64,000 nucleotides of DNA, taken from assembly GCA_013265495.1 (NCBI GenBank), contig MU058241.1, forward strand, positions 62,001 through 126,000, read 5' to 3'. The translations under genes were made by a program, and so were the position numbers. The notes beneath the pieces are model-generated. The model did no database searches. It was not told where the DNA came from and saw nothing but the letters and a program-made list of their open reading frames with translations. How positions within the stretch are numbered: position 1 is the stretch's first letter; the number at the start of each line of letters is the position of its first letter. The DNA is from Vicugna vicugna. Lineage: Eukaryota. Shown in pieces: positions 1 through 12,502 of the stretch.

Positions 1-25
1 TTTCAAGAACAAGGGTATTCCAAGC

Positions 26-168
26 GGGAGGGTATAGCTCAGTGGTAGAGCACATGCCTAGCATGCACGAGGTCCTGGGTTCAATCCCCAGTACCTCCAT
101 CAAGTAAATAAATAAATAAGTAAAACTAATTACCTCCCTCTTGCAAATAAATAAAATTTTTAAAAAAA
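26..168 (+). mobile_element. tRNA-Ala-derived SINE (vic-1-like, camelid)
   Basis: Head GGGAGGGTATAGCTCAGTGGTAGAG...GGTTCAATCCCC with Pol III A and B boxes, AATAAA repeats, tail motif CTAATTACCTCCC, TTTTT, then an A run. Confidence 0.9.
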
Positions 169-1961
169 GAACAAATGATACTCCTCATCAGGTGAACTTC
201 CTTGTATGAAATGAAATTTTATGGTATGTCTTTATGGCATGTTTTTCCTCATACAACATAAAGAAGCAAGTTTCAAAAATATGCTACCCTTGCAAACTAA
301 TTTCCCAAGTCAGTGCATTAATGGCAAACTCCGTGAGTCATATTCAGCCCTGTCTGAGCTGATCCCTGTCCTCGTTGATCACTCCTGTCCTTTCTGCTCA
401 TCCCTGTCCTCCCCACTCACTCCTGACGCCGGGGGTCTGCCCCTCACCACCAACACAGCAAGTTTTGCCTTTTGCTCCTGGGTGGAGCCTCCACTCAGGT
501 CCTCCTTGTCAATGCATTCTTCTTCTCGGAATCTTTCCTCCTCCTGTCATTGCCCAGCTATTTAGGTCACCGTAGACGATTTTAGAGACAGAGGATAAGA
601 CACTAATGCATATTTCGGCTAGCATTTGTTAAAAATAAAATTCTGGCATGCATATTTTAACAGGAATCAGTTGGGATCTGAAAATACACACGGAGATGGG
701 GAGGACACACAGGGGGACCTCTTTCCTCTCCTACGGTTTCATCAACTCAGGAAAACTTGCTTTTCCAGGCAGCTATTGCTCTGCCTAATTGCATCAACCT
801 CTTCCCCCAGCTACATTTTCAGAGAAAGTGTTCTCGCATCTTAGATTTCACAACTGACAGTCAGTGAGGTGGCAGCAATACACACAAGGTGGTTGCCCTG
901 TGCATTCTCAGGGAAGAATGAGATAGTGCCTGCTGGGCGCTGAAAACAGCGCCCTCCATGTTTCCACCCACCTGAGGGGGAAATGGAGACTGTGGCAGCT
1001 GCTTCGCCCATGCCCTGTGCCCCAGTGGCCCTGGCAGACTTCTGCACGAGCCAGCCTGCTCTCCTTCCCTCCTCCAGGATGCAGTATCTCCCTCTGGCCT
1101 GAAGCAAGTCACTGAAACTTGCCCTCTTGCTCAGCATTGTTTTCCCTCTGGAGTACAAAAATCATTGCTTAATTTCTACTGTGGGCAATGGGCACCAACG
1201 ATGTAAATAAAACACGGTGAAAAATTCACCTTGTGGGTAGTATTGGCCCCCTTTTTTTTTTTAACCTACTCATCATAAAAGAAGAGCTAGTTTCAAAGCA
1301 ACCCAAGCAAAGGTGACTTCTTAAAAAAAAAGGTGACGTGTTGAGATGGGGTTTAGGGGCAGAGAGCCCAGCTGTTTGGCAAGTCTTAACAGCCTCAGGT
1401 CTCAGATCTGAGTCCAAGGTGGAGGAATTGGAAAGGAAACACTGCTCCCCAGACAAATGTGGGTTTTCCTGAGCGATGCTTAGTTCCAGCAGGTGCTGCC
1501 AAGGAACGCCAGGGGACCCCGCCATACATTATCCACGTCTGCATGAGGAGGACTCTTGGTCACATGAGCCTGCCGAATGAAAGTGTACATTGTTTTCTAG
1601 ACTTCTTGGGCCCTTGACAAATACCTCTTAGAAGCTCTTTGTTTTTCTTGTGCCTTTTTAAAGCAAGATTTTGAACCAACCACCTGTCTCCAGAGAAAGT
1701 TTGTTTTTCCTCTTCCTCTCCGCCCCATAGGAAAAGCTTATTTCTAATCTAGATTTCTTCTATAAACTGAAGAGATTGAATCATAATCACTGAAGCCAGG
1801 GTGTCCCATAACTTTTGGGGCTAATGGTACATCTTATCAGGGACCTGAATCGTTGGTGTGCACAAATGGTTTGCTTTGGAACTGGGATGGGGGACAAACA
1901 TAAAACCATTCAAAGTTTGTTGGGTCCCCCTCTGGAAATCTGGAAAACAGCAGCTACTTCT

Positions 1962-2585
1962 GGGCATTTATCACAGAGAAGTGAAAACTGAGGTTCACAC
2001 AGACAGCAGCCCACAGCACCCAGATTTGTAAGAGCCACAAACTGAATGGGGATACATCTGAAGCAGTAACAAGGTACACACTATTTACTGATACTCACAA
2101 CAGCCTAGTGAGTCTTCAGGGAATTATGCTGAGTGTACAAAGCCAATCTCAAAAGGTCACGTGTTTTATGATTCCACTGCAGAACCTTCTCAGTATAACA
2201 AAAGTATAGAGGTGGAGACCAACCTGATTGTTGGCTGCCAGGGGTAGGGGAAGGAGAGAGGGGAATGTGACATCAAAGAGGTGACACAGGGGATTTTCCT
2301 TGTGGTGATGGAAGAGTTCTGTGTCTTGGTAGTGGTGAAGTTACACAAATCTAAAAGTGGTACAACTCCATACAATTACACAACAGACCCATTTCATGGG
2401 TGCATGAACAAATGTGAAATCTGAGTAAGGACTCTAGGTAAATCATTGTCTTGTGGCTTTGTTGATTTCCTGGCTTTGATAATGGGCTACGGTTTTAAGT
2501 AATTTTGGGAGAAAATGGGTGAGGCTTCTCTGCATAATTCCTGCAACTTCCTATGCATCTGTAATTAGTTCAAAACACAAGTTAT
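1962..2585 (+). mobile_element. Old L1 (L1MC/MD-like) 3' UTR fragment
   Basis: Typical L1M 3' motifs: ATTATGCTGAGTG..AAAGCCAATCTCAAAAGGTCAC..TATGATTCCA and GGTGATGGAAGAGTTCTGTGTCTTG. Confidence 0.75.
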
Positions 2586-2748
2586 TTGGTGGAAAAATAT
2601 TGGCTCCTGGGAAATTCTCAGTGAGATCTGCTGAATTTCATTCATTTGTACACCTGGAGACAAAAGTTCACCCCTGAACGGATGGCATGTGCTGCTCCTT
2701 CCAGCTGCTTATCAGGCAAGTACTTAGAGGGCAGTATTAAGAGGAGTA

Positions 2749-2861
2749 GGGGGAGGGTAAAGATTGGTGGTAGAGCACATGCCTAGCATGTGTGAGGTCC
2801 TGGGTTCAATCCCCAGCACCTCTATTAAAAAACAAAATAAAAAAACAAGACAAAAAAAAAA
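2749..2861 (+). mobile_element. tRNA-Ala-derived SINE (vic-1-like, short-tail form)
   Basis: GGTAGAGCACATGCCTAGCATG..GGTCCTGGGTTCAATCCCCAGCACCTC followed by an A-rich tail; lacks the CTAATTACCTCCC motif. Confidence 0.85.
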
Positions 2862-3595
2862 GAGAGAGAGAGAAAGAAGCAAGTGCCTAAATTAGCTTTG
2901 TCTAAAACTTACATTTTCCCTACAAGCCAAACACGGGATGAAGGTGCGATTACTCCGTCTTGGCCTGCTAACGGGCAGTGGCATTTGTGTTAGGATAGGT
3001 TACGCATTTTATGTCTCCTCTTCCCTCTTCTGAAGTCCACTGGGGGGCTGGCTGTGCCCCTCTCTCATGCCTGTAAGCAGCCGCCGTGGCTCCTCCCCTC
3101 CCAGACCCAACCAGCGTCAGTGAGCTCAGACACTTGCTGGATTGCAACTGAAGTGGCAGCGTGGCCTGCTTTTTTCTCTCTGACTGTGTGGCCAGAGATG
3201 CATCTTGGGAACGCTCATTGAATAATTAATTTTTTGTTTTAAATAATTCACTAGTCCTGGCCGGCTTAATTGCTGGGGACCAAAGAATTAATTAGTTGGA
3301 TGGTTTTTCTTCCTCCCCCTCTGCTTGGAGGGAGGGCTAGGCATGGCTGAGTGGAACAGAAGCGAGCAGCCTCTAACTAGGCCATCATTTCGACAATGAC
3401 CGAGCACACAGTGGCAAACGGATAGTAACCATCATGATCCTGCTTGGGCAGAAAGCAGAGATTCTGCTTTCACTGTATCCCACAGTCCCTTCCTCGGCAG
3501 CCCACGCGGCACTCCTGGATTATTTTTGGCAGGGAGGACCAGGCCAACTATAGATAAGTAATATCAAAACAGGATTGCAAACCCTCAGTTTAGAA

Positions 3596-3796
3596 CAAGG
3601 GCTGGCAAACTACAGCACGCGAGTCAAGTACAGCCCACTGTCAGTTTTTGTGAATAAAGTTTTATTGGCACACAGCCACATCCATTCATGAACACAGTGT
3701 CTCTGGCTGCTTTTAGCTACAATGGCAGAGTTGAGTGGTTGCAACGAAGACAGTATGGAGTGCAAAATCTAAAATCTTTGAGTCTGCCAACCTCTG
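3596..3796 (+). mobile_element. MER58A-like hAT-Charlie MITE
   Basis: Ends CAAGGGCTGGCAAACT / TCTGCCAACCTCTG, core AATAAAGTTTTATTGGCACACAGCCAC, and a perfect 8-bp TSD GTTTAGAA (3588-3595, 3797-3804). Confidence 0.88.
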
Positions 3797-4489
3797 GTTT
3801 AGAAGGCCGTGTAAGCTGTCTGCCTCGCCCGAATTTAAAACAGGTTTGCTAGGACTGTCAATACTCTGGAACCTAAGGGTTGATTAGGGCTTCTTCTCAC
3901 TGCTCTTGCCACCTTAGGGAAGGGAGTGAGGCAGGAGAAAGAGAGACAAGCAGCAAGAACCCTGGATAATCCCCAACTGGACTCTGGGCCCTTGAATATC
4001 TGAGATGAGGACCTGAGTTCTTGACGGGGAGTTGGATACACTCACAGATGGAAAGCACCTGTCACGAGCCCTGGCATGTAGTACACTGTAGGGCCCTTTG
4101 GTTGATTTCATTGTTACAGTGACTGTTTCCCTAAGGTAAATTTTATCTTTCAGCAGTGAGTTTATCAGAGAAACTACAGTCTTCCCTGTGTTTATTGTTT
4201 GAACCAGAAGTTACAATCCTGAACACTTGCGGAGCTGGAAAAGCTCCATCTGTGTCAGCATGACCCTAGAAGTGGTCAGGATGACTGAAGGGCAGCCTCA
4301 CTTTTTGGACTGGTTGATGATGCCTGTTTTTCTATAGGGACTTAGGCTCTGTCTCCATTAGCAGAAAACCAGCATCTTTGGGATAAACAGAGCTATGTAC
4401 AAAATGGAAATATTTACAATGCAAAATCTATATTGTCCAACAGTAAGCTGTGCAGGCGTGCTATTCAAAGTGAGAGAAATGTGAAAAGA

Positions 4490-5845
4490 GCAAAATCATT
4501 TCTGAAATGTTCCTGCCCCAGTGACCTTTGGCCCAAAACCAGAAATCTGTGCTCTACCCTTGACTTCTCCACCTCCTCATCCCCACACCGTCCGTCATCA
4601 AGCCCTGATTTCTTCCAAATACAACTCCCATCTTCCTATCTTCCTCCCAACACTCACGTGTCCCCCAATCTCACTGTCCTCCTGAATTAAATGATCTAAC
4701 CTGGGCTCCCTGACTCTGGTCATATCTCCTCCAATTTAGTCACAGTGATCTTCCTCAAATTCCATGGTATCACATTCCCTCTCAGAAAACCTATGGTCAC
4801 ACATGCATAACACAAAATTGACCATCAGTGACACTAAGTTCACTCACAGTGCTGTGCAGTTATCAACCATCCAGTTCCAGAACACTCCCATCACCGCAAA
4901 AGGAGGCTGTGTACCGGCTAAGCAGTCTCTCCCCATTCTCCCCTCCCCGCAGCCTCTGGCTGCCACTTACCTACTTTCTGTTTCTACAGATTTACCAATT
5001 CTGGATGGTTCAAGTAAATGGAATCACACAATATGCTTTAGTGTCAGGCTTCTTGGACTAAGCTTCATATTTTCAAAGTTCATCCACATTGTAGCATGTA
5101 TCAGGACTTCACTCCTTTTTATACCATAATAATATTGCGTTATAATACCATATTTTATTTATTCATTCAACTGTTGGTGGACATTTGGGTTGTTTCCAAT
5201 TTAGAGATATTGTAAATAGAGCTTCTATGAACACGTGTGTGAACGTATTTGTGTGAGTACCCGTGCTCAGTTCTCTGGGGTCTATACCCAGGAGTAGACT
5301 TGCTGGGTCATATGAGAATTCTCTATCTAACTTACTGAGGAACCATCAGAATGTTTTCCACGGCTGCCGTACCATTTTACATCCCCACTCACATTCCTTA
5401 GTAAATCCAAAAAGTGACTTTCCACTGTTCTCTGAGTAGTGTCCGTGTTTTTGACATGGCTGACAAGATCTTTGAGATCTGGCCCCTGACTACCTCCTCT
5501 GCTCCACATATGGCCTTCTTTCCTCGCCTCTTTCTCACCACACTCTCTCGTTCGTCCTATACGCTCTTCTCTCTGCCCGGAACCCTACCGTCTTCTTGCC
5601 TGTTTAATCAGCTCACCCTCCCAGACCTTCTCTGTGAAGCCCTCATGTCCCAGCTGGGTGCTTGTAGGTGCTTTCTGATCACAGTCCTCGCTGCACTGTC
5701 CTGAAGTTCCTTGCTATCTGCCGAATTTCACCTGCTAAATAGTAACCTCCATGAAGGCAGGGGTGAAATCTGTCCTGCTCATGACCTTACACTCAATTCT
5801 CAGCACAAAGTTAGAGCTCGGTAAATACCTGAATGAATTAAATCG
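4490..5845 (+). mobile_element. L2 fragments interrupted by an L1MB insertion
   Basis: Degenerate L2-like CT-rich sequence on both sides of the L1; L2 3' terminus GAGCTCGGTAAATACCTGAATGAATT near 5815-5840. Confidence 0.55.
4798..5395 (-). mobile_element. L1MB-like 3' fragment
   Basis: Antisense L1MB motifs TTCCAGAACACTCCCATCACC, AAATGGAATCACACAATATG, GGACATTTGGGTTGTTTCCA, TGCTGGGTCATATG. Confidence 0.85.
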
Positions 5846-6269
5846 CCAGGAGCAACCACCACCCATGACAAACTCAAGACCATCAAAGATGATTAAAAGA
5901 CTCAGCACATATTTAATTCTGGATAGTAGTGTCTGGGTTTCTGGTCTTCAGTTCCCTCCCCCATATCCTCATTTCTGTTTATTCATTATCATCACATGTC
6001 CCAGTGGTTCTTAATCTTAGGATGGGGTACTTAGAAGCCACATTGTACTAACATAAGGTACTCTGGTTTGAAATATAACCATTTAAAACTGAAATATTGT
6101 TAGATGGGTGCTTGTGTTAAGAACTGGATTCCTACTGCTTCTGACTTATTATTTTCCATAATGTTGAACAAGCTGCCTCTATGATGAGAAATAGTTATCC
6201 AAAATCGTTATTGTTCAGTGAAAGAAACACTGATCAACATTTGCATGCAAAGAAACCTTTGAAAAGAAG

Positions 6270-6975
6270 TTATTTGGGCCACAATGAAATACCATGCCCT
6301 AGAACGGCCAATGTTATTGACCACAAGGAGGCCGAAGGAGGTCAAGGGTGTGGAGCCCCCAAAATCCTCAGACAGTGATGGTGCAAATTTAAACCTACAC
6401 AACCACTTTGCAAAACTGATTGGTAGTTGGTTAAGAGGTTTTTAGCATGCATCAATTCTATGCCCAGCAATTTCACTCACAGAAAAATTATGTCTACCAC
6501 AGCCTTGTGCAAGAATGTTCACAGCTGTTTTATTTACAGTCACCGAAACCCAGAAAGAGTCCAGGCATCTATCAGTGGAGAATGGCTAAATAAGCAGTGG
6601 CCTAGCCAGAGAATGGAATACTACTTAGCACTAAAAAGGAATGAACTATTGATACAGGCAACAATAAACAAAGATGAATATCCAAAACATTATGCTAAGT
6701 GAAAGAAGCCAGTCATAAAAGAGTATATACTATAGGATTTATGATATTCTAGGCAAGACAAATCTAATTTTTAGTGCCAGAAGGCAGATCAGTGGTTACT
6801 TCTGGGTAGAGGGAGGATTCACTAGGAAGAGGCCCAAGGGAGTTGTCTGAATGATGTTCTATATTTTGATAGGGATTTGGGTTACATGAGCAAATGCATC
6901 ATCAAAACTGATCAAACTGAACATTTAGACTTAAGCATTTCACTGTGTGGAAACTAGACTTCGATTTTAAGAATG
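6270..6975 (+). mobile_element. L1MD/ME-like 3' fragment
   Basis: AATGGAATACTACTTAGCACTAAAAAGGAATGAACTA, CATTATGCTAAGTGAAAGAAGCCAG, CAGATCAGTGGTTAC. Confidence 0.8.
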
Positions 6976-7289
6976 TAAAGTCAAGTCATCTTGCTGCTTG
7001 TAAACAAACAAAAAGATTTATGTAAATACCTTTTTTTTACGGTTAGGTCTGGGCAAGAATTTAATCCCACAGGATCTGTGACCATGCTTTAGATGGTGAT
7101 ATTTGGTGGCATTCTTTGCTTTCTACGGTATGATCATTTAATTTTTTAAAAATTTGTTTAAGGATTAAATTTTTTCACCATTAAAAATGTTGCTGTTTTT
7201 GAGGAGTTGGTGAATAATTTTCAGACCATCACTCTTGTACGCTCACTAGAGTTAAAAAAAAAAAAAAAAGAAGAACCCTTTACGGTATT

Positions 7290-7445
7290 TGTATTGGTTA
7301 GCTTTTGCTGTTTTGGAAAACAGCTACAAAATTTAATGGCTTAAGACAAACACCGTTAGCTCCTGGCTCACGTGCCAGCAGTTGGGGCTGGGCTCAGGCA
7401 GGTGCTTCTTCTGGCCTTGGGGGAGCTCAATGGTGCATCAGCTGG
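7290..7445 (-). mobile_element. MLT1 (ERVL-MaLR) LTR fragment
   Basis: TGTATTGGTTAGCTTTTGCTG..AAAATTTAATGGCTTAAGACAA..GGGCTGGGCTCAG, typical of an antisense MLT1J/K end. Confidence 0.55.
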
Positions 7446-8915
7446 TAATGTCCTCTCTGCAAAGACTGAGCTAGCCAAGCGTGCCATCTGCAGCTGCAAC
7501 GCCCAGGAGAAGGCCAAGGCTGTGGAGATTCAAATCAGGTACGACCGAAAGGTGGAGGCAGGAAGTTGATTTCACTGTGCTCCCCAACCCCACACTTTTC
7601 TGCCTTGAAAAGGGATCCCTTCCCAATTTGGCTTCTTCCGTGGAGTCGAGCTGGAAACTCCCCTGACAGTAAAAGCTCGCTGCTCTGTCTCCCTCAGCAC
7701 TTGTGAGCAGCAGAAAAGCAAGCTTGATGTATTTCTGCAAATATGCAAGAAAATCCCTGGGGGGACTCATGCCAGGAGCTAACACAGCTGCAGGAAGCAC
7801 AAGATGATGCCACCACTCAGAGAACAACGTACTATGTGTTTTTAGCACAAATATGGATTCGGGTTGATCATCCCTGAACAAAGAAGAAAACGAAGATTAA
7901 TGGCTAAAATGAATCATCATTGCTTATTTCATACTGTAAGAAGCCATAGCAAGACAGTGTTATGCTTCCTTGCTAAAAACAGAAGTCATCAACAGAATGC
8001 TTAGAAGAAAAGAATGATGAGAAGCAGATTTTTGAAGTATTTTTTTAAAATCGAATTGGTTTGTTTTTTTATCACTTATCTATCATATGTAACGGTAACT
8101 TCCTCATCCATTACAACAGAAGCAAATCATACTGAAAAATAATCCTTTTTTCTGAGGCTATGACGGTAAAAGAGTCGTCTCAACCTTGAGCACGCGCATT
8201 AAGTCTTAATGCTAACAGCTAATAACTCTGACATTGGAATTTCACTTGTATTTAAAGATATGTTTTCTCTGCCAGGTGAGGTGGAGGCAACACTTTTTTT
8301 TCCAGTGACAATTAGCAGCTAGTAATTGCTGTAAAATGGTTCTTCCAAAAATCATGTATGCTATGAAGGTGGGAGGCTGTCATGGACATGTCAGGGGATG
8401 TGAATATTCCTTCTCCATAGGAGTAAAGATACAGATGCAGGGAATAGGGACGGAGGATAAAGATGGTCCTGCCCCAACTGGGAATCAATATTTAATCTTT
8501 TCTGCTTGAGACCTCTGAACCAGTTAGTCAAGTAATGCAGGCTGTGATGGGGTGTCCCATGCATTCCTTTCTCTTGTTGCTCTTTTTCCCCACAGAGATA
8601 TTATTTTCTGAAGGGTCAGATTTCTGTCTTGTAGAGCAATTGACTTAGCTTTCACATGTTACATTTATGACTCAAACAGAAAAAAATCAAATCTTAATTA
8701 TACCTACTTTGGTGCCTGTATTTTACCAACGAGAGTCTCTCTGTGCTTGTCAAAACTGTACCCTCTTTTTAGACCATGGGTGACAACTGTCTGTTAACTC
8801 CCACAGCCACGAACTGAAAAGCCTATGCTCTGTCTTGCTGGATTGTTGTTATTTAAAAATATTAATTGATCAAGTTTTCTTCATGCTTAAAGTTGGGCTC
8901 GAAGTGGGAGCACCG

Positions 8916-9200
8916 TGTAGATCTGGGTTTCCCAAAAAGCAGGCCCTGAGACAGGGTTTCAGAACAAGTCAGTTGATGGGTGAGCAAATCCCAGGAGACA
9001 GCTGCAGTGGCATGAGGAAATGAGAAAGGGAAGTGAAGGCAGCCAGCGAAGGAAGCATCACGAAGCCTGCGACTGCCACGGGCAGCTGGAGCCCATTCCC
9101 TGGGGACCTCTAGGAGACAGTGCAGATCATGCACCTCAGGGCTATCCCTGCTCAGGAGGACGGAGCTGGGGTGTTTATACACTGGCTCCCAAGAGCCTCA
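8916..9200. mobile_element. ERVL-class LTR (LTR33-like) fragment
   Basis: GGGTTTCCCAAAAAGCAGGCCCTGAGACAGGG..ATCCCAGGAGACA..GAAAGGGAAGTGAAGGCAGCCA resembles the recalled LTR33-type consensus. Confidence 0.55.
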
Positions 9201-11689
9201 ACTCTTTAGCACTCTGGCCTGCCATGCACGCAGGCTATGCTTGGGCCTCTGTACGTAAAGATGAGTGGGAAGGAAATGTGCACAGCCTCTAACAGTGTCA
9301 GTCAGCTACTGTGCAGCACTACCATGTTGGTCTCGTGGAAGCCCTAAGAAAGAAGGACTTCCTTGTGGTTCTTGCAGCACAAAAATGACCGACCCTAGGA
9401 CTCAGAGGGGCAAAACCGGAGCACTCTGCCATGAACAGAAATGAGAAAACAACTATTATTGGCAAGACTAGCCACGCAATTATAAAGTCCAGTGCAAGAT
9501 GCAAAAACAGTATCTCTGATCAAAAAGTGGGACGAAGGTGCCTGGATGACAGCGGGCCAGAGACCTACCTCTCACCCCCGGATCACACTGCCCACTGACT
9601 GTGCTGTGGTGCTGCCATCCTGGGGTGGGAATGGCCACCAGAGTGCCCTGACCAACTCTGCTCCCTGCTGGGGATGACAGGTGCCAGTGATTGCTGGGCT
9701 GGGGTGGGGGTACAGGGACTATGAGGAACAGGAGGCTGAGGGGCACCAGGAGGTTGTGGAGTGGGCAGGCAAGAACTCATCCCATGGAATCAGATGATTA
9801 TTTAAAAAACCGTTAAAAAATACAAACATTACTCACAGCTCACGGGTTTACAAAAACAGGTGGTGGGCTGGAGCTGGCCCGTGGGCTGTGTTCTGCCAAC
9901 CCTGTCATCGGGGAGTCTCAGTGTTTGTCGAGTCAGCTGTGAAGGAGGCAGTAATTAGGGAGCGGCCCCGAGGTCGGGGCAGCTGAGCTGTCATTTTTGC
10001 TGAGGCAATAATTTAGGCCATGGATACGATGGGGTTCTGTGCTGCAGTGAGCAATGTGCTGCAGACTGAGGCCCGCCAAGCACAGGCCTCGCGCATCGTT
10101 TGGGCGCTTAGCTGCTCCCCTGGATGCCACCCAGCAGATGCTAGTAGCTTCCGTCCCCCAACTGTGACAAGTTAAAATGTCTCCTGTGTTTAAAACTGCC
10201 CCAGGCTGAGAACTGCTGTAGAAGGAAGGGAGAAGGGAAATTAAGAGGCACAGTTCTACAGCACTCCTAGCCTGAAAATGGGTTCTCCTTCCTGTATCTA
10301 GGCAAACCCCCCTTTCCTATTCAAGGTCAAGTTGTGGCGTTATTTCCAGGTTTGTCAGCAGTCTGCTCTTCACTGGAGCCACTTTGTGACATTCTGGCAC
10401 CATTTCTGACCTTGTCAGCTCCATGTCTGAGACACCCTCCTGGAGAGTCTGTGAACTACTTATTATTCCCTAATAAATTCATCTTCTGTTTAAACTAGCC
10501 AGAGTTAAGTCCTATTGTTTACAACTAAGAATCCAGACTGAGACAATTGGCCTCATTAAGATTCACCCACGATCCCCTTTTAAAACCTCGGTCTTTTGTT
10601 CCCCGGGTTAAGAAGCCAGGCAGATATTCCAGGAACAACTCACAGAGGCAAATTCCCATGCGTGAGACCCATGGGAACATGTTAGTTTCCACACAAATTT
10701 ATAGGTTAAAGTCTGTCTCCATTACCTCTTTTCTCTCCCCTTTTTAGGGCTAGTTGAGACGGTTTGTAGTAATGAAAATTCCCTCTGGATCTCTTCACAT
10801 TTATTTTTGCTTTCCCATCCCCTGGATTCCAAAAGCAATCCATGCATAACTCTCTCCACTCGTCTCATTTTCCTTTTTCTCCACTGCAATGATTCGTTCC
10901 TCTTCCCCATATTTTTCCTTCTGGCCTGACTCTCCACTTAGTATTACCTTCTTTTCCTGTTGCTGTATCTGTTCCTTTTCCCTCCTTGCACAAGACACCC
11001 CTAGAGTCTCCCCTCTCTACTGTCTGCCCTGACCATGAGGTTGGAGGCTCTGGGACACCAGGCCAGTGCCACGTTTCCATTCCCTTGACCCCCTGCTGCT
11101 CCCTGATGATGCTGCAGGACCAGAAGATGTTTTAGCAATGACCACTTGTATGCAGAGGTACGGATGGTCGGCTTTGAGCATAGGTGGAGAACTTCGCAAT
11201 CATATGAACAGGGCCTGTGTGTTGAGAGGGGCCAGGTTGCCTCAAAGCTCCACCAGCTTCAAAGAAACTTCTAATTTTTCAGCAACCCTCCTCTGCCTCC
11301 CAGACTGTAACAGCCTGCCCATCCTCTCATCCTTCTTCTGAAGTGTTCACCATGACTCATTCCTCTTGGGGAGACAAAAGGAACCCTGGACTCCAATAAA
11401 TGTTTAAAACAAACAAACAAAAATAACAGATCACTGATTCCCAGGAAGCTGGGAGGAGGTGAGGTGGAGGTAGCATTTTCCCACTATTGTACTAACATGG
11501 TTTAATTAGTCAGACCAGCTGCTTAACACCTGGAAAGGTGTGGAAAGGCATGAGAGGGTGAAGCTGAGTGCAGTGGAGGACAAGGAATTCTGGGAACAAG
11601 TGGAGTGCATGGACCAGGGAAAGGGGGACTTCAGAGGGGCAGGAGGGGCAGGAGGGGCAACCCTGCATTCTGAGAGATGAGTCAAGGCT

Positions 11690-12420
11690 CTATGAGCAAG
11701 TGCCAGCACCAGGCAGGGTTTTAGGCACTTTATACATATTATTTCACATAATCCCCATGACCCTATGAGATAGGTCCTATCACTGCCACCTGTATCAGTT
11801 AACTAGCGTGTTAATAATGCTGTGTAACAAACATCCCCACAAAAATTTCTTTGGCTTAACATACTCATCATTAAATCCCCCTAACGTGTCCTCTGTACAC
11901 AGTTCAGTTGAGAGTTAGTGGATCTAGTCTGGGCATAGCTGAGTTGGGCTGAGCTCAAGTTTACTCCAAGTATTTTCCTTCCTTGCAGAACCAGTGGACT
12001 AACTGTAGCATGTATTTCCCACAGTGATGGGAGACATGTGCAAAGGCAAGCAAAACTATGCAAACTCATTTCAGGCCTCTACTTGTGTCACATCTTCTCA
12101 CATTGGCCACAGCAAGGCATACTGCTGAGTCTAAAATCAAGAGATGGGGAGGCATGCTCTGCCCAGCTTGAGTTCAAATCAAGTCACAGAGCCTGGCCCA
12201 ACTGATGGAGTAGGGAATTATTTTCCCATGAATGCTGCAGGTGGGTGGCGGTGGGGGAGAAGACAATGTTGGGGATGAATTCTTTTCAAACAGTAATGTA
12301 GCCTACCACATTTAAATACGTCAACATTGAGTCACAAGGGGATTAAATAATTTGCATTAGGCCACAGAATAAGTGGCCAGCTGGGATCTGAACCTCAACA
12401 GTGTGGCCTAAGAGCCTACA
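11690..12420. mobile_element. MIR split by an MLT1 LTR
   Basis: MIR-like left part (TGTGCCAGCACC..TTTATACATATTATTTCACATAATCCCCATGACCCTATGAGATAGG) and right part (GGGATCTGAACCTCAACAGTGTGGC) flank the LTR. Confidence 0.6.
11791..12310 (-). mobile_element. MLT1J/K-like LTR
   Basis: TGTATCAGTTAAC..ATAATGCTGTGTAACAAACATCCCC..TGGCTTAA at one end, ..CTACCACA at the other. Confidence 0.7.
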
Positions 12421-12502
12421 TTACACAGAGCCACTCTAGGCCGCAGCGCTGCACCTACCACACCCTTCCACTGTACCCCACTTCTTGCTATCTGATGCTA
12501 CC

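Noticed and set aside
28..99. tRNA-Ala(AGC) gene (also similar heads at 2749, 16574, 26321, 43082, 54449)
   Set aside because: Mismatches in the acceptor and anticodon stems, shared SINE tail and A-rich end, and TSDs on sister copies: these are SINE heads, not tRNA genes.
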